From positions 18,893,891 to 18,957,890 of the forward strand of contig NC_057751.1 of assembly GCF_004010195.1 (NCBI RefSeq): 64,000 bases of DNA, given 5' to 3'. The notes under the pieces are model-generated. The model searched no databases. It worked only from the letters and a program-made list of their open reading frames with translations, and was not told the DNA's origin. This DNA is from Chiloscyllium plagiosum (Eukaryota). Below, piece after piece: positions 1 to 12,083 of this stretch (its first letter is position 1; the number at the start of each line of letters is the position of its first letter). Both the position numbers and the translations under genes were made by a program.

Positions 1-436
1 CCTCCCACCAAGGATACTGGTGCCCCTCAGGTTCAGGTGCAGACCATCCTGTTTATAGAGGTCCCACCTTCCCCAGAAAGAACCCCAGTTATCCAAATGC
101 CGGAATCCCTCCCTCCTGCACCATCCCTGTAGCCACGCATCTAACTGTTCTCCCTCCCTATTCCTCGACTCTCTATCACGTGGCACAGGTAACAAACTCT
201 GTTCGCTCTAACTCTGTGCTTCCAACCTCGCTCGCTGAAAGCCTGCCTAACATCCTCAGCCCTCCTCCTACCTATGTCATTGGTGCCAATGTGGACCACG
301 ACTTCGGGCTGCTCCCCCTCCCCCTTAAGGACCCGGAAAACACGATCAGAGACATCACGTACCCTTGCACCTGGGAGGCAACATACCAAACGTGAGTCTC
401 TCTCGCCCCCACAAAACCGCCTATCTGTGCCCCTAC
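1..436 (-). mobile_element. CR1-type LINE ORF1 fragment (SGNH/esterase domain)
   Basis: Minus ORF 141..539 contains VCCLPGARVRDVSDRV...PEVVVHIGTNDIG, typical of the CR1 ORF1 esterase domain. Confidence 0.8.
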
Positions 437-1079
437 CGCCTATCTGTGATCCTGGAGCTATTGTTTCAGAAGTGGTGCAGAGGTCGAATTTCGTGTTAAG
501 GCCAGCAATAGATGACACCACAGCACACCATGGTTCCATGTGACACCTATTTCAAAGCAGTCTCATATGCCTGGAGATATGTCCAGTACTGTATAAAAAG
601 GACCAATGATAATTGCCACTTCAAGAACATAAGCACCAACCTTCCAATATCTTACACTCACTCTATATTTTCTACAATACTCACTGGCGTCGAAGACGCA
701 GGGACTAGACGTTGACAATGCAGGAAGCATCAACCCCACTCACCCACTTACTTCATATGTCATCTGCATGGAGCACACAACCATATGTGAAAATTATGCA
801 CCTACTACAAATGTAAGAGGTGCACCTTTTAAATCATGTGCGAAAGTCGTCGTTCTCCAGTTCCAGAAGAAAATAAACCCACAATCGGGAAGAAATTGTT
901 CGGCCATGTCGTATGCTGGGTGGCATTCTGCTCCTCACTCCTTAGCGGAGATCATCCTGGCTTTGGATGTCTTGAGCAGGCCTGGACTTATATCAGTGGT
1001 TAACCTTGATTTATCTTGTCAGGTAACCCGGACGAGGATATATATCCCTACACTCGACTGAGGTTTGCTGATAACCCGT

Positions 1080-1900
1080 CTATGATGACCAGATATCCTA
1101 AATTAATATCACCACACTTGCAAATCCCCCTAAAACCTTCCGATTCATATATATATATATATATATCTTCAGATGACTTTTAAGTGTTGTAATTGTAAGT
1201 ATTTCCACTGCTGCCTCCACAATCTGCATGACAAACCTGCCCTTATGTTTCCTTCGAAATCTTTTCCATCTCATCTTAAAGTTATCACGTCTGGATTTCG
1301 ATTCTGTTACCCTAGGCGGGAGCGGGTTGTAGGGGGCTTGGGGATGGGGTGAATCTTTCGTTATTCACGCTATGCATGTTCTTCATGATTTTTAGACTTC
1401 TTTTAGGTCAACGCTCAGCCACCGATGGTCCAGGAAAAATAGACTCAGCCAATTCAGTTTCTCCATATAGCTCAAATCCTTCAACCCTGGCAACATGCTT
1501 GTAATTCTTCACTGCACACTTTCAATTTTAACACCAGTTTTCTGATAGCAGGAAGACGAAACTAAATGCAATATTCCAAAAGCACAACAATACCTTCTTC
1601 CCTACCTTGTTTACCTGTTATGCAATATTCAAGTAATTATCAACCTGTATCCCAAGGTCTCTGCTCAGTAACACAACGCAGGACCGTACGATTAAATGCA
1701 TAAGTCCTGTTCTGATTTGCTTTGGCAAAATTCAACACCTCACACTTATCTAAATTAAACTCCATCTGCCATTTCGCACCTCATCGGGTCATCTGAACAA
1801 TGTACCATAGTGATAACGGTCTTCACTATCAACAAGACTATCAACTTTGGTGTCAGTTACAAACTTGCTAACGATTCTCCTGCATTCACATTTAAATTAT
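1080..1900 (-). mobile_element. Decayed CR1 LINE 3' portion (RT C-terminus and 3' UTR)
   Basis: Reverse-complement similarity to intact CR1 3' ends in this window (e.g. aaattaaactccatctgcca = WQMEFN reversed); an (AT)n run lies at about 1147-1167. Confidence 0.7.
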
Positions 1901-2300
1901 AGACTCGTCGAGTCATAGAAACCAACTGTAAGAAAACAGGTCCTTTGATCTAAATTGCACATGCTGCCTTGTTTTCATAATTAATCTACTTCCATTTGTC
2001 TACATTTGTCACCGCACAACAATCAACAGACAGGAGGGTTCCCTTCCAGTTGGGGAACACTTCAGGTCCAGGACATTCAGCCTCGGATTCATATATATTT
2101 ATATATATATGAATCAGAAGGTTTTAGGGGGATTTGCAAGTGTGGTGATATTAATTTAGGATACCTGGTCAGCATAGACGGGTTCGTCCAAACTCAGCCC
2201 CAATTCCACACTGTTGCACAGTCAGATCCGACACACCGTGAAACAGTCCTGTTCTGTTCAGTTGAAACAAGAGTGAACTGGAGAGCACAGAGCGAGGCTT

Positions 2301-2596
2301 AACTTAGATATGATGCAGAGCTGGGCTGAGGAGTGGCAGATGGAGTTCAACCCTGCCAAGTGTGAGGTTGTCCATTTTGGAAGGACAAATAAGAATGCGG
2401 AATACAGGGTTAATGGTAGGGTTCTTAGTAAGGTGGAGGAGCAGAGGGATCTTGGGGTGTATGTTCATAGAGCTTTGAAAGTTGCCACTCAGGTGGATAG
2501 AGCTTGTAAGAAGGACTATGGTGTATTAGCGTTCATTAGCAGAGGAATTGAATTCAAGAGTCGTGAAGTGATGTTACAGCTGTACAGGACCTTGGT
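2301..2596 (+). mobile_element. Young CR1 LINE RT C-terminal fragment running into an assembly gap
   Basis: ORF WAEEWQMEFNPAKCEVVHFG...EQRDLGVYVH...LQLYRTL; near-identical to 30276-30484. Confidence 0.9.
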
Positions 2597-3209
2597 NNNN
2601 NNNNNNNNNNNNNNNNNNNNNNNNNNNNNNNNNNNNNNNNNNNNNNNNNNNNNNNNNNNNNNNNNNNNNNNNNNNNNNNNNNNNNNNNNNNNNNNNNNNN
2701 NNNNNNNNNNNNNNNNNNNNNNNNNNNNNNNNNNNNNNNNNNNNNNNNNNNNNNNNNNNNNNNNNNNNNNNNNNNNNNNNNNNNNNNNNNNNNNNNNNNN
2801 NNNNNNNNNNNNNNNNNNNNNNNNNNNNNNNNNNNNNNNNNNNNNNNNNNNNNNNNNNNNNNNNNNNNNNNNNNNNNNNNNNNNNNNNNNNNNNNNNNNN
2901 NNNNNNNNNNNNNNNNNNNNNNNNNNNNNNNNNNNNNNNNNNNNNNNNNNNNNNNNNNNNNNNNNNNNNNNNNNNNNNNNNNNNNNNNNNNNNNNNNNNN
3001 NNNNNNNNNNNNNNNNNNNNNNNNNNNNNNNNNNNNNNNNNNNNNNNNNNNNNNNNNNNNNNNNNNNNNNNNNNNNNNNNNNNNNNNNNNNNNNNNNNNN
3101 NNNNNNNNNNNNNNNNNNNNNNNNNNNNNNNNNNNNNNNNNNNNNNNNNNNNNNNNNNNNNNNNNNNNNNNNNNNNNNNNNNNNNNNNNNNNNNNNNNNN
3201 NNNNNNNNN
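2597..3209. other. Assembly gap (613 N)
   Basis: Run of N. Confidence 1.
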
Positions 3210-4160
3210 TCCTTCTTATTTCTGAGTTCCATTTGCTTAGCTTTACTTTACAATCCCTCAGAAATATCCTCTCTTAGTACAGCAGTACTATCTCATGACA
3301 GGGAATCAACTGACGGGAAGCGTCTTCTCGCTCTTCCGACTTCCTTTGATGGTGTGAATTGCCCTTACGAGACTCTGTGTATAAATTACTCTATGTATTC
3401 TTCATAACTGAAAATAAAAACATAATAGGTGACTTGGTGATGGGAAATATAAAGGTACATTGTGCGGAAGGCAAATTTTGGATATAACACATAATAGAAG
3501 AAAAACTCCGTTCGCTCTGCTCAGGTCTTGCCTGGGCTGCTGTACCTTCAGAGTATTTCCTATTTGCTTTTTCGATGAAATCAAATTCATCTCATTTGCT
3601 GTTTTGTTGTAGTCAATCATTTATTACGAGAAGTTTGCCTTTTCAGGATATACGTTGCCTTTTCGTGTACAATCTCGGCGTTCAAAGTTTGGAGTATTTG
3701 TTGTTACAACCTCTGCCTCGGTCCATGAGGCACAATTAAAGAAGGAAAATGAATTACAATTTAAGGTCAAATATTATGATGTTGGAAGAACAAGGTAGAA
3801 TTTCAATTTTTTACAGATGCTGCAGGGGAAGTAGCAGGAGTTCCAGTAACGACCTCCTTGTGTCAGATATATCTCAGTCTCGTGGAGCTGTGAGGTGCTT
3901 CTTTGTTTTGTGATGAACTCAGAAGAACATATAACAGTAAAGTTGTAAATCCAAAGGTGAGTAGGAGTAGATAATCATCCGTGTATGTGTGCTCAAATCA
4001 GGGAATGTACCATGACATGTCGACAGAAGAACAAATAAACCCCAACTTCATAAAGAGTGCTGCAGACAACAAGCACAAATGAATTATGTTAAATTGAAAT
4101 AAAACAAAGTTAAAAATCACACAACACCAGGTTATAGTCCAACAGCTTTAATTGGAAGCA

Positions 4161-4195
4161 CACTAGCTTTCGGTGCGACGTTCCTTCATCAGGTG
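4161..4195 (-). ncRNA. Minimal hammerhead ribozyme motif (copy in inverted pLTR, stem II partly mismatched)
   Basis: Reverse complement reads cac-CTGATGA-aggaacgtcgcacc-GAAA-gcta-gtg. Confidence 0.55.
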
Positions 4196-5623
4196 ATAGT
4201 GGAGGGCTCAATCCTAACACAGAATTGATAGCAAAAATTTACAGTGTGATGTAACTGTAATTATACATTGAAAAAATGATTGTCTGTTAAGCCTTTCATC
4301 AGTTAGAATACAGTGATACTTCCACTTCTTTCATGTATAAATCACAAAACTATTTTTTTTAAGTTGCATTCTCGGGTTAGCTGTTAATAATGGTGATAGC
4401 TAGACAATATGTTGAAAGTGTTGTATCCCTGTGTTCTTTGTCTATGCCATGATGTTTAGATTGATTCTAATGTAAAAAGTGACATAACAGAGTTTTACAT
4501 AAATTCATGCAGTTTTTGAGCTCAGACTAGTGCTTGTCTGTAGGGGATGGCTGGTTCGAACAAGACGTCTTCTCTATGCAGAATCTCCAACGAACATTGT
4601 ACACCAGGTACATTGATGACATTTCCTTCCTCTGGACCCATGGCGACGGGTCACTGATAAAACTACACAGTGACATCAACAAGTTTCATCCCACCGTCAA
4701 ACACACCATGGACTACTATCGACTGTCTGTCTCATTCTTGGACACATGCGTCTCCATCAAGGATGGACACCACAGCACCACACTCTACCGCAAACCCACA
4801 GACAACCTCACAATGCTACACTTCTCCAGCTTCCGAGCAAAACATATTAAAACAGCCATCCCTTATGGACAAGCCCTACGCATACACTGGATCTGCTCAG
4901 ATGAGGAGGAACGTGACGGACACCTGGAAGTACTCAAGGATGCCCTCACAAGAACGGAGAACAATGTCCAACTCATCGACCGCCAGTTCCGACGTGCCAC
5001 AGCAAGGAACCGTAATGACCTCCTTAGGAGACAGATACGTGCTGCAACCGACAGGGTACCCTTCGTTGTTCAGTTTTTCACAGGAGCTGACAAATTACGC
5101 CATGTTCTTCGTCACCTGCAACACATTATCAATGAGAATGAGCACCTCACCAAGACCTTCCCCAAACCTCCACTACTTGCCCTCAAACAAACGCCAAACT
5201 TCAAACAGATAGTTGTTCGTAGCAAGCTGCCCGGCTCCCAGGACAACTCCATACAATCCTGTCACAGTAGATGCTGCAAGATGTGTCAGAGTCTAGACAT
5301 AGATACCATTATTACGCGTTGGGACACCTCCACCCTTGTACATGGCAGGTACCCATGAGACTCAGCCAACGTTGTCTATCTTATACATTGCAGGCAAGGA
5401 TGCCCGGAGGCATGGTACATTCGGGAAACGGAGCAAAGGCTACGAAAACGGATGAATTGTTCTATGTTCTATGTTCTATGTTCTATCCTCCAAGGTGGAC
5501 TTCGGGACAGGCAGCAGAGGAAAGTGGCCGAGCAGAGGCTGATAGCTAAGTTCGGTATCCATTGGGAGGGCCTCAACGGGGACCTTGGGTACATGTCAAA
5601 TTACAGGTGATCACCATTGCACT

Positions 5624-5830
5624 ACACACACACACACACACACAAATATTCCTACACACACACACACACTCACATACACACGGACACAGGTACACACAGA
5701 CGNNNNNNNNNNNNNNNNNNNNNNNNNNNNNNNCTATACACACACACACACACACACTTTCTCACACTCACAACCCCCACCCCAGACAGACACACACACA
5801 GAGACAGACAAAGAACCACATGCACACATA
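5624..5830. repeat. (CA)n-rich microsatellite in Penelope 3' region, containing a 31-N gap (5703-5733)
   Basis: Direct sequence. Confidence 0.95.
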
Positions 5831-6229
5831 TATTTTGTGTGGTGAATTTGTACTTGCAGAGTTACATTACACTTTGCTCAAAAATTGCATACATTCATGG
5901 AGAACTCTGAGCTCAAAAACTGCATGAATTTATGTAAAGCTCTGTTATCTCACTTTTTAGATTAGAGTCAATCTAAACATCATGGCATAGACAGAGAACA
6001 CAGGGGGCTAACACCTTCAACATATTGTCTAGCTATCACCATTGTTAACAGCTAACCCGAGAATGCAACTTTTAAAAAATGGGTTTTGTGATTTACACAT
6101 GAAACAAGTGAAACTGTTCTAACAGATGAAAGGCTTAACAGACAATCAATTTTTCAACGCATAATTTCAGTTACATCACACTGCAAATTTTTGCTGTAAA
6201 TTCTGTGTTACGACCGAGCCCTCCACAAC

Positions 6230-6264
6230 CACCTGATGAAGGAGCGTCGCTCCGAAAGCTAGTG
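6230..6264 (+). ncRNA. Minimal type I hammerhead ribozyme motif in Penelope pLTR
   Basis: cac-CTGATGA-a-GGAGC gtc GCTCC-GAAA-G-CTA-gtg: catalytic core, paired stem II, palindromic AGCT stem III, 3-bp stem I cac/gtg. Confidence 0.75.
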
Positions 6265-6289
6265 TGCTTCCAATTAAACCTGTTTCCAG

Positions 6290-7760
6290 CACTACCTCTC
6301 TTTGACAGGTCCAGAAAAATAAATGCCCAACTGTCCACTTTCGCATCTGCCCCTCTCACCATAAACTATGCCTTCTATTTTTGAATGCCCTTCCATTGGG
6401 AAAAGTTGTTGGCTGCCTACCTAATCTATGCTTGTCATGATTTTACAGACTTCATTTTCCTGCACCCCAAGGAAAAATGCCACAGGCAATGCAATCATTC
6501 CTTATACTTAAAATCTTCCAGTCTAGTTACATCCCAGCATTTGTTTTCCTTCAATCTCTCTAGTTTGATAATAACAGGGTGACAAGAAGTGCATGCTGTC
6601 TCCACATGTCGTCTCACCAATGTCTTGTCCAGCTGCAATGAGACATCGAAACTTCGATACATAATGTTCTAAATGATGAAAGCAACCATGTTGAAAGCCT
6701 TGGTTACCATGAGAAAGAGAGGAGTGCTGGAGATCATGGTGGATAATGTGGTTTTGGGAAAGCACAGCAGGTCAGGCAACATCCGAGGAGCAGGAGTATC
6801 GACGTTTTGGGGAAAGATGTTATTCCACTTCGAATGAGCTGTGATCCTGTACCCCTTGATCATTTTGGCGTGCACCACTCCACAGAGCCTTGCCATTCAC
6901 TTTGGAAACCTGCCCTGATTTGACCCACCAAGATGCAGCAGCGTGTAGTTATCTAAATTAACTCCATCTGTCATTCCTGCGCCCAACTGATCAAGACGTC
7001 ACTGCATTCTCGGATAAGCTGTTAACTATGCACTATACCATCAACCTTGGTTTCATCTGAAAACTTAACAGCCAATATCTCCTAATTTCTTATCTAAATC
7101 ATTTATTTAAATGACAAATAACAATGGACCCAGCACCGAACCCTGCCTCAGGCCGTTTGTTGTAGACCTCCAGTCCATAAAACAACCATGAACCACCACC
7201 CTCTGTCTTCAACTGTCCAATCAATTTTGATTCGATTTGGCTATCTCTCCCTGGATCTCGTGAGATCTAACCTTACGCAACACCCCACCACCCGATACTT
7301 AGTCAAAGACCTTGCTAACGTCCATGTCAGAAACGTCTACCACATAACTGTAATATACTTTCTTGATCACCCGTTCAAAAGTGCGATCAAATTCGTGAGA
7401 TATGATGACCAAAGCGCGTAACCGTACTGATTATGCCAAATGAGTCCTTGCCTTTTGAATGCCAATAAGTCCAACCTCTCAGAATCCCCTCTAACAAAGT
7501 CTTAATCATAGTCGTTAAGTTTGCTGATTTGTAGATTTGCCTTTAGACTTTCTAAAAAAAAATGGGATAACATTAGTCACCCTCTAATCTTCGGGACTGT
7601 CCCTGTGATTGTTGATAACAAAACTATTTCCGGAAAGAGCATCGCGGCTTCCTCGCTCACCTCTCACAAAACCTGGGCTACATTTTATGAGCTCCCAGGG
7701 ATTTATCTGCAGGAAACATTACAAGACTTCTACTACCTTCTCTTTTGCAATGTGGAGTTT
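6290..7760 (-). mobile_element. Decayed CR1 LINE ORF2 (RT region)
   Basis: Reverse-complement CR1 RT motifs (gacccagcaccgaaccctg = QGSVLG reversed), many stops and indels. Confidence 0.75.
6711..6815 (-). mobile_element. Penelope family-B pLTR fragment inserted in CR1
   Basis: aagcacagcaggtcaggcaacatccgaggagcaggagtatcgacgtttt is the reverse complement of the pLTR at 22500-22580. Confidence 0.75.
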
Positions 7761-9710
7761 CTTCAAGATATGGGACAGGAATGTTTGATGGATGTTCCAG
7801 GGTTTAGATCTTTCAAAAAGAACAGGGAAGGGGGTAAAATAGGGGGAGATTAGCTTTGTTAATTAGAGCGTGATCACAACTGCAGAAAAGGAGGTTGTTG
7901 AGGAGGGGTTGCTGACTGAGTAAATATGAGTGGAAGTCAGTAACAACAAAGGAACAGTCACTTTATTGTGTGTTTTCTGTAGACGATGCAGTAGCAGCAC
8001 AAAGATGGAAGAAAGGGCTTATGCCCGAAACGTCGAATCTTCTGTTCCTTTGATGCTGCCTGACCTGCTGCGCTTTTCCAGCAACACATTTTTAAGCAAA
8101 GATGGAAGAAAGGTTTGGGTAGAAGATCTTGGAAAGGTACAGGTGTTGCTATGGTTGAATTCAGCTTCCACAATATTGATTGAAATCTCCTTATTGCAGA
8201 TGGTCTGCATGGAGCCACTTTTGTCTGATGGGTCGAGGAAGGATTCGTGATTCAATACGTCGATAGGTCGACTCGGGTGGAGGCCATATTGGATTTGCTG
8301 CCTTGAACGAGCCAGGCAATGTCTCACATCTCTTGATGGGTGAACGTTTCGGTGGCAGTGATCAAAACTATCTCGCCTCTCTCACAACCATGGAGAGGGC
8401 CAGGAACAAGCAGTATCGGAAGATATTTAATTCGGGAGGGGAAATTATACTACTGTTAGGCAGGAGCATGGAAGAAAATTAGGAACAATTGCTCGACAAG
8501 AATTGAACAACAGAAATGTGGAGGCTGCTTAAGGACCCCTTTTTGAGAGTATTGGATAACTTTGTCCACCTGTGACTGCAAGGAATTGTAAGGTGAAGGA
8601 AACTTGCATGACAACAGAAGAGGAGCTTCTCATCAAGAGGAAGAAGGAAGCTTGCTTAAGATTGAGGAAGGAGTGATCTGGCACATCTTTAGAGGAGTAC
8701 AGGGTAGCTAGAAAATAACCCAAAAATGGGTTGAAGAGAGCTAGAATGGGCAGGAAAAATCCTTGGTACACTTTGGAGAGGAATAAGAGAATGATCAGAA
8801 TGAGGGTAGGTTGAGGGTAGATCGAGGCAGTGAAGGGTACTTGTGCCTGGAGTCTGAAAAGTTGAGGTTCTCCAAATGTGTATTTTGGTTCAGTACTTAC
8901 TTGAGAAAGTAACCTTGTTGATAGTGAGCACACCTTGGCCCAGGATAATACGCTTGAACAGATTGATATTAAGAAAATGGATAAGCTGGAAGATTGGAAA
9001 GCATCAAGATAAACAGGTCCCCACATATATCCAGGGTTACTAATGGAAGCGAGGAATGAGATTGCTGTCCTTCTGGCGTTGACCTTTGCATCCTCACTCG
9101 CATAGGCAGTAGTACCAGATTATTGGAGGGGGCAAATGTTGTTCCTTTATTGGGAATTACAGACCAGTCAGTCTTGCATCTGTAGTAAGGATTCTGACTA
9201 TTTCGAAATACATTGTTTGTTTAAAGATAGTTAGCATGGCTTAGTGAGGGTAGGTCATGCCTCACAAGCCTTATTGCGGTCTATGAACATATGATGAGAT
9301 AATTTGACGGAAGTTAAGCAGTGGGTGTGGTGTCTGTGGATTTCAGTGAGGTATTTGATAAGGTTCCCCACGGTATGCTCATTTAGAACGTTAGGAGGTA
9401 TGGGATACAGGGGATTTTGGCTTTCTGGTACAGAAATGGCTGGTGTAAAGAAAATATGGCAGTGCATGGAAAGTATTCCGCCTGGTGGTCATGTTCAGTA
9501 GTGTCCCTCAGGGATCTGGTCTTGGGCGTCTGCTTTTTTTTTTTCGTTTTATAAATGACTTGGTTGAAGAAGTGGTAGAATGAGTTAGTAAGTTTACCGA
9601 AGACACAAAGGTTGTTGCTGTTGTAGATAGTGTCAGGGGGTGTTGCTGGATCCAACAAGACATTGGCAGTTTGCAGAGCTTGGCTGAGAAGACACAGATG
9701 GAAGAACAGC
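7760..9710 (+). mobile_element. Decayed CR1 LINE ORF2 (endonuclease to RT), interrupted
   Basis: VPGFRSFKKNREGG (EN), gggaattacagaccagtcagtctt (GNYRPVSL), cctcagggatctggtcttgg (PQGSVLG). Confidence 0.75.
8013..8096 (+). mobile_element. Penelope family-B pLTR mini-insertion with 17-bp TSD
   Basis: gggcttatgcccgaaacgtcgaat...gctgcctgacctgctgcgcttttccagc flanked by caaagatggaagaaagg at 8000-8016 and 8097-8113. Confidence 0.85.
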
Positions 9711-10330
9711 TTTGTTAACTTGCGATATCAAGGGGGTTGGGTTTAGAAATATTTAAATTATTCCAAATTTGGTTTTCTTTTGATCGTGTCTCAACTGTAG
9801 TGTATAAATATATTCTGTTTCGCTTGAAACCGAGTGGTTTGACCATCTGCATCACTCCTGGAATATCCACTCTAATTCTGCCTTTTCTAAAAAACGTTAG
9901 AGTCTGGGCTACCTTCTTAAAATATATATGACACCTTGTCCATAAGAAACTTAACCGACCCGATTCAGCAAATTAACTAATGAAATATTCCAAATAGCAA
10001 CATCCCAAAAAACACATCCATTGTCAAAAAGTTAAATGCAAACACCGATTCTTACAGGCAGCAGGGAGTAACATCATGAGAGATTTCAGAGAAAATCAAT
10101 TAGAAATCCTTTACTGAAGTTTGTAACCTTGTTAGTGCTCACACATCTTGTGACTGCAACAGCTAAAAAAAACTAGAACCCCAACTGGGAGAACTGGCCA
10201 TATCCACTCCCATTAATAACAGACTTAAGTTTGCTTCTCAACCATTATGGAACGAGTCTTTCCAAACTCATTGCAGAAAAAAAAACACTGCGACAAAATG
10301 ATCTTTTCAGAGTGACATCATCCTCACAAC
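9710..10330. mobile_element. Probable LTR remnants (unassigned)
   Basis: Non-coding sequence between LINE pieces with LTR-like character; no partner in the window. Confidence 0.3.
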
Positions 10331-11240
10331 CTCCTAATTACTATTACATTAAGCAACTTTCCTCCCCCTATATAATTTTATAATGCCTCCCCTGTTTGAA
10401 TGCGTTGTACCCAACATTAAATTTCTGTTCTTCTTCTTCATACACTCGACATCTGTTGACTTCAAGGTTTCCTTACCTTCTGCCCTGTCCTTCACCCTTG
10501 AGGAGGACACTGGCACTGAAGTCTCAACAGGTTGCTTGTAAAAGACTCCCACTTTCCAAATATATACTTAACTGCAAGTAGCTTCTCCCTGTATATCTTT
10601 GTTGATGATATTTAAATTTCCTCGAATTTAGGCATTTATTTTCTGTACTCTGTTTAACCCTTTCCACAAAGATCTTGAAACTTAAAGGCTATCGTCTCTA
10701 TCGCCAAAATTGTCACCCACGAACACTTCAACTACTCGGCAGGATTCCGTCCCCTTGGACTAGGTCTAACACCACCCATATACCGGGACTGTCTGGTACT
10801 AGCACAACAAACTCTCCTGGATGCATTTTAAGAATTCAACTCTGCTTAGTTCTTTCACGTCGAGGTGATCCCAGCTAATATTAGCAAAGTTTAAATCTCC
10901 ACTAGCAGTCTTACGATTTCTCTCATCTTTTTGTGATTTGCCTCTATATCTGCTTCCCGATCTTCCTGTCAGTGTCCGGATGTGTGTAACATAATCCCAG
11001 CAAAGCGATCACTATTGTTTCATTTCTAAGCTCCACACAGCTGACGTAATTTCAAGACTCTATTCGAACATCCTCCTTCATTACTTCAGAGATAGTTCCT
11101 TTTCTCAACAATGCGGCTCTCTTGTATCCCAATCCCTATCGTGCCTGAGATTTCTATATCCTGGAAAATTGAGCTATCAGTCCTGCCTTTCCTTCAAACA
11201 ATATGTGTGAGCGTGTTGCATCATACTCTCGAAGTGCGGC

Positions 11241-11900
11241 TGTTATGAAGATCTTTAAGAGAGTTAAAAGCTAGCAGTGACAGCACCAAGTGTTCTCAAT
11301 AAGATACAATGTCACACATGGAACAGCTACTTGGGGTAGCTCGGGTAGCTGGATGACTGAAGACAAAAATATATTCGAATTAGCACAATCAGTTTAAATT
11401 ATGTCTGAAAAATACCAAACTCAATCCAGTTTGAAATTACTATATTGACCATCTGAAAAGCCAATGTCACAATCCGATTCTCTGAGGTGGTAACACCACG
11501 GAAAATTGAACAGTTTGGAGGAGTACTGCAAGTGAACAACATCTGCACACTTCCGAGAGAATATTCTTTTATCGATCAGTAACATATGAAGTAAAATCCC
11601 AAATAAAAAAAAAGTAGACAGGACTACAGAGAAGACATAGTTTTGAGGTAAGGAGCTTTATTTTATAAATCTTAACTGGAAGTTTTATTGGGCTAGTCTT
11701 ATAGAAGGGAAGGTAAACGGTAGGTTAGAGGAAGGAGTTCGAAATAGTTGTTAGTTAATTATTCTTTGTTATACTTTATGAAATAAATATGTTAATTTTT
11801 AATTTAATTAGTACTTGGCCTATCGAATTTATTCACTGGGTAAATCTTTTCTGCGTTGTTGATTTAAATTGAGCAGCAGTGTATACCCCGTGTCATAACA
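11241..11900 (+). repeat. 5' LTR
   Basis: tgttatgaag...ccccgtgtcataaca; colinear with 15954-16748. Confidence 0.9.
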
Positions 11901-11903
11901 GTT

Positions 11904-11923
11904 TGGGTGCTCGTCGATGGGAT
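11904..11923 (+). promoter_or_regulatory. Primer binding site, degenerate tRNA-Pro type
   Basis: tgggtgctcgtcgatgggat just after the LTR, resembling TGGGGGCTCGTCCGGGAT. Confidence 0.65.
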
Positions 11924-12083
11924 ATGAATTGCTTTAAAAAGATTTAAATAGATTTGTAGATACGAAAAATCCCGGCAGGTTTAAACATTTGCAGGTTAGT
12001 GTCCGAGATCTTAAAACACGACATAGGTGAGACAATTTGTTTAGTATCGGTGACTTGTTGCGATTAAATTCGTAGTTAGAGAA

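Larger units (their letters stand above)
4110..6284 (+). mobile_element. Penelope-like element (family A), 5'-truncated, with inverted pseudo-LTR
   Basis: ORF 4534..5358 has RT YIDD and thumb (LYRKPTD...AIPYGQALR). A GIY-YIG-like segment follows (NVVYLIHC...WYI..ET...RMN...EQRLIAKF...GLN). 4140-4526 is the reverse complement of 5907-6284. Confidence 0.9.

Noticed and set aside
440..1075. Short ORFs (512..715, 768..1061) in unassigned sequence
   Set aside because: No recognisable motif or splice structure; cannot be assigned by eye
2310..3407. 365-aa and 238-aa ORFs
   Set aside because: Artefacts of reading through the N gap
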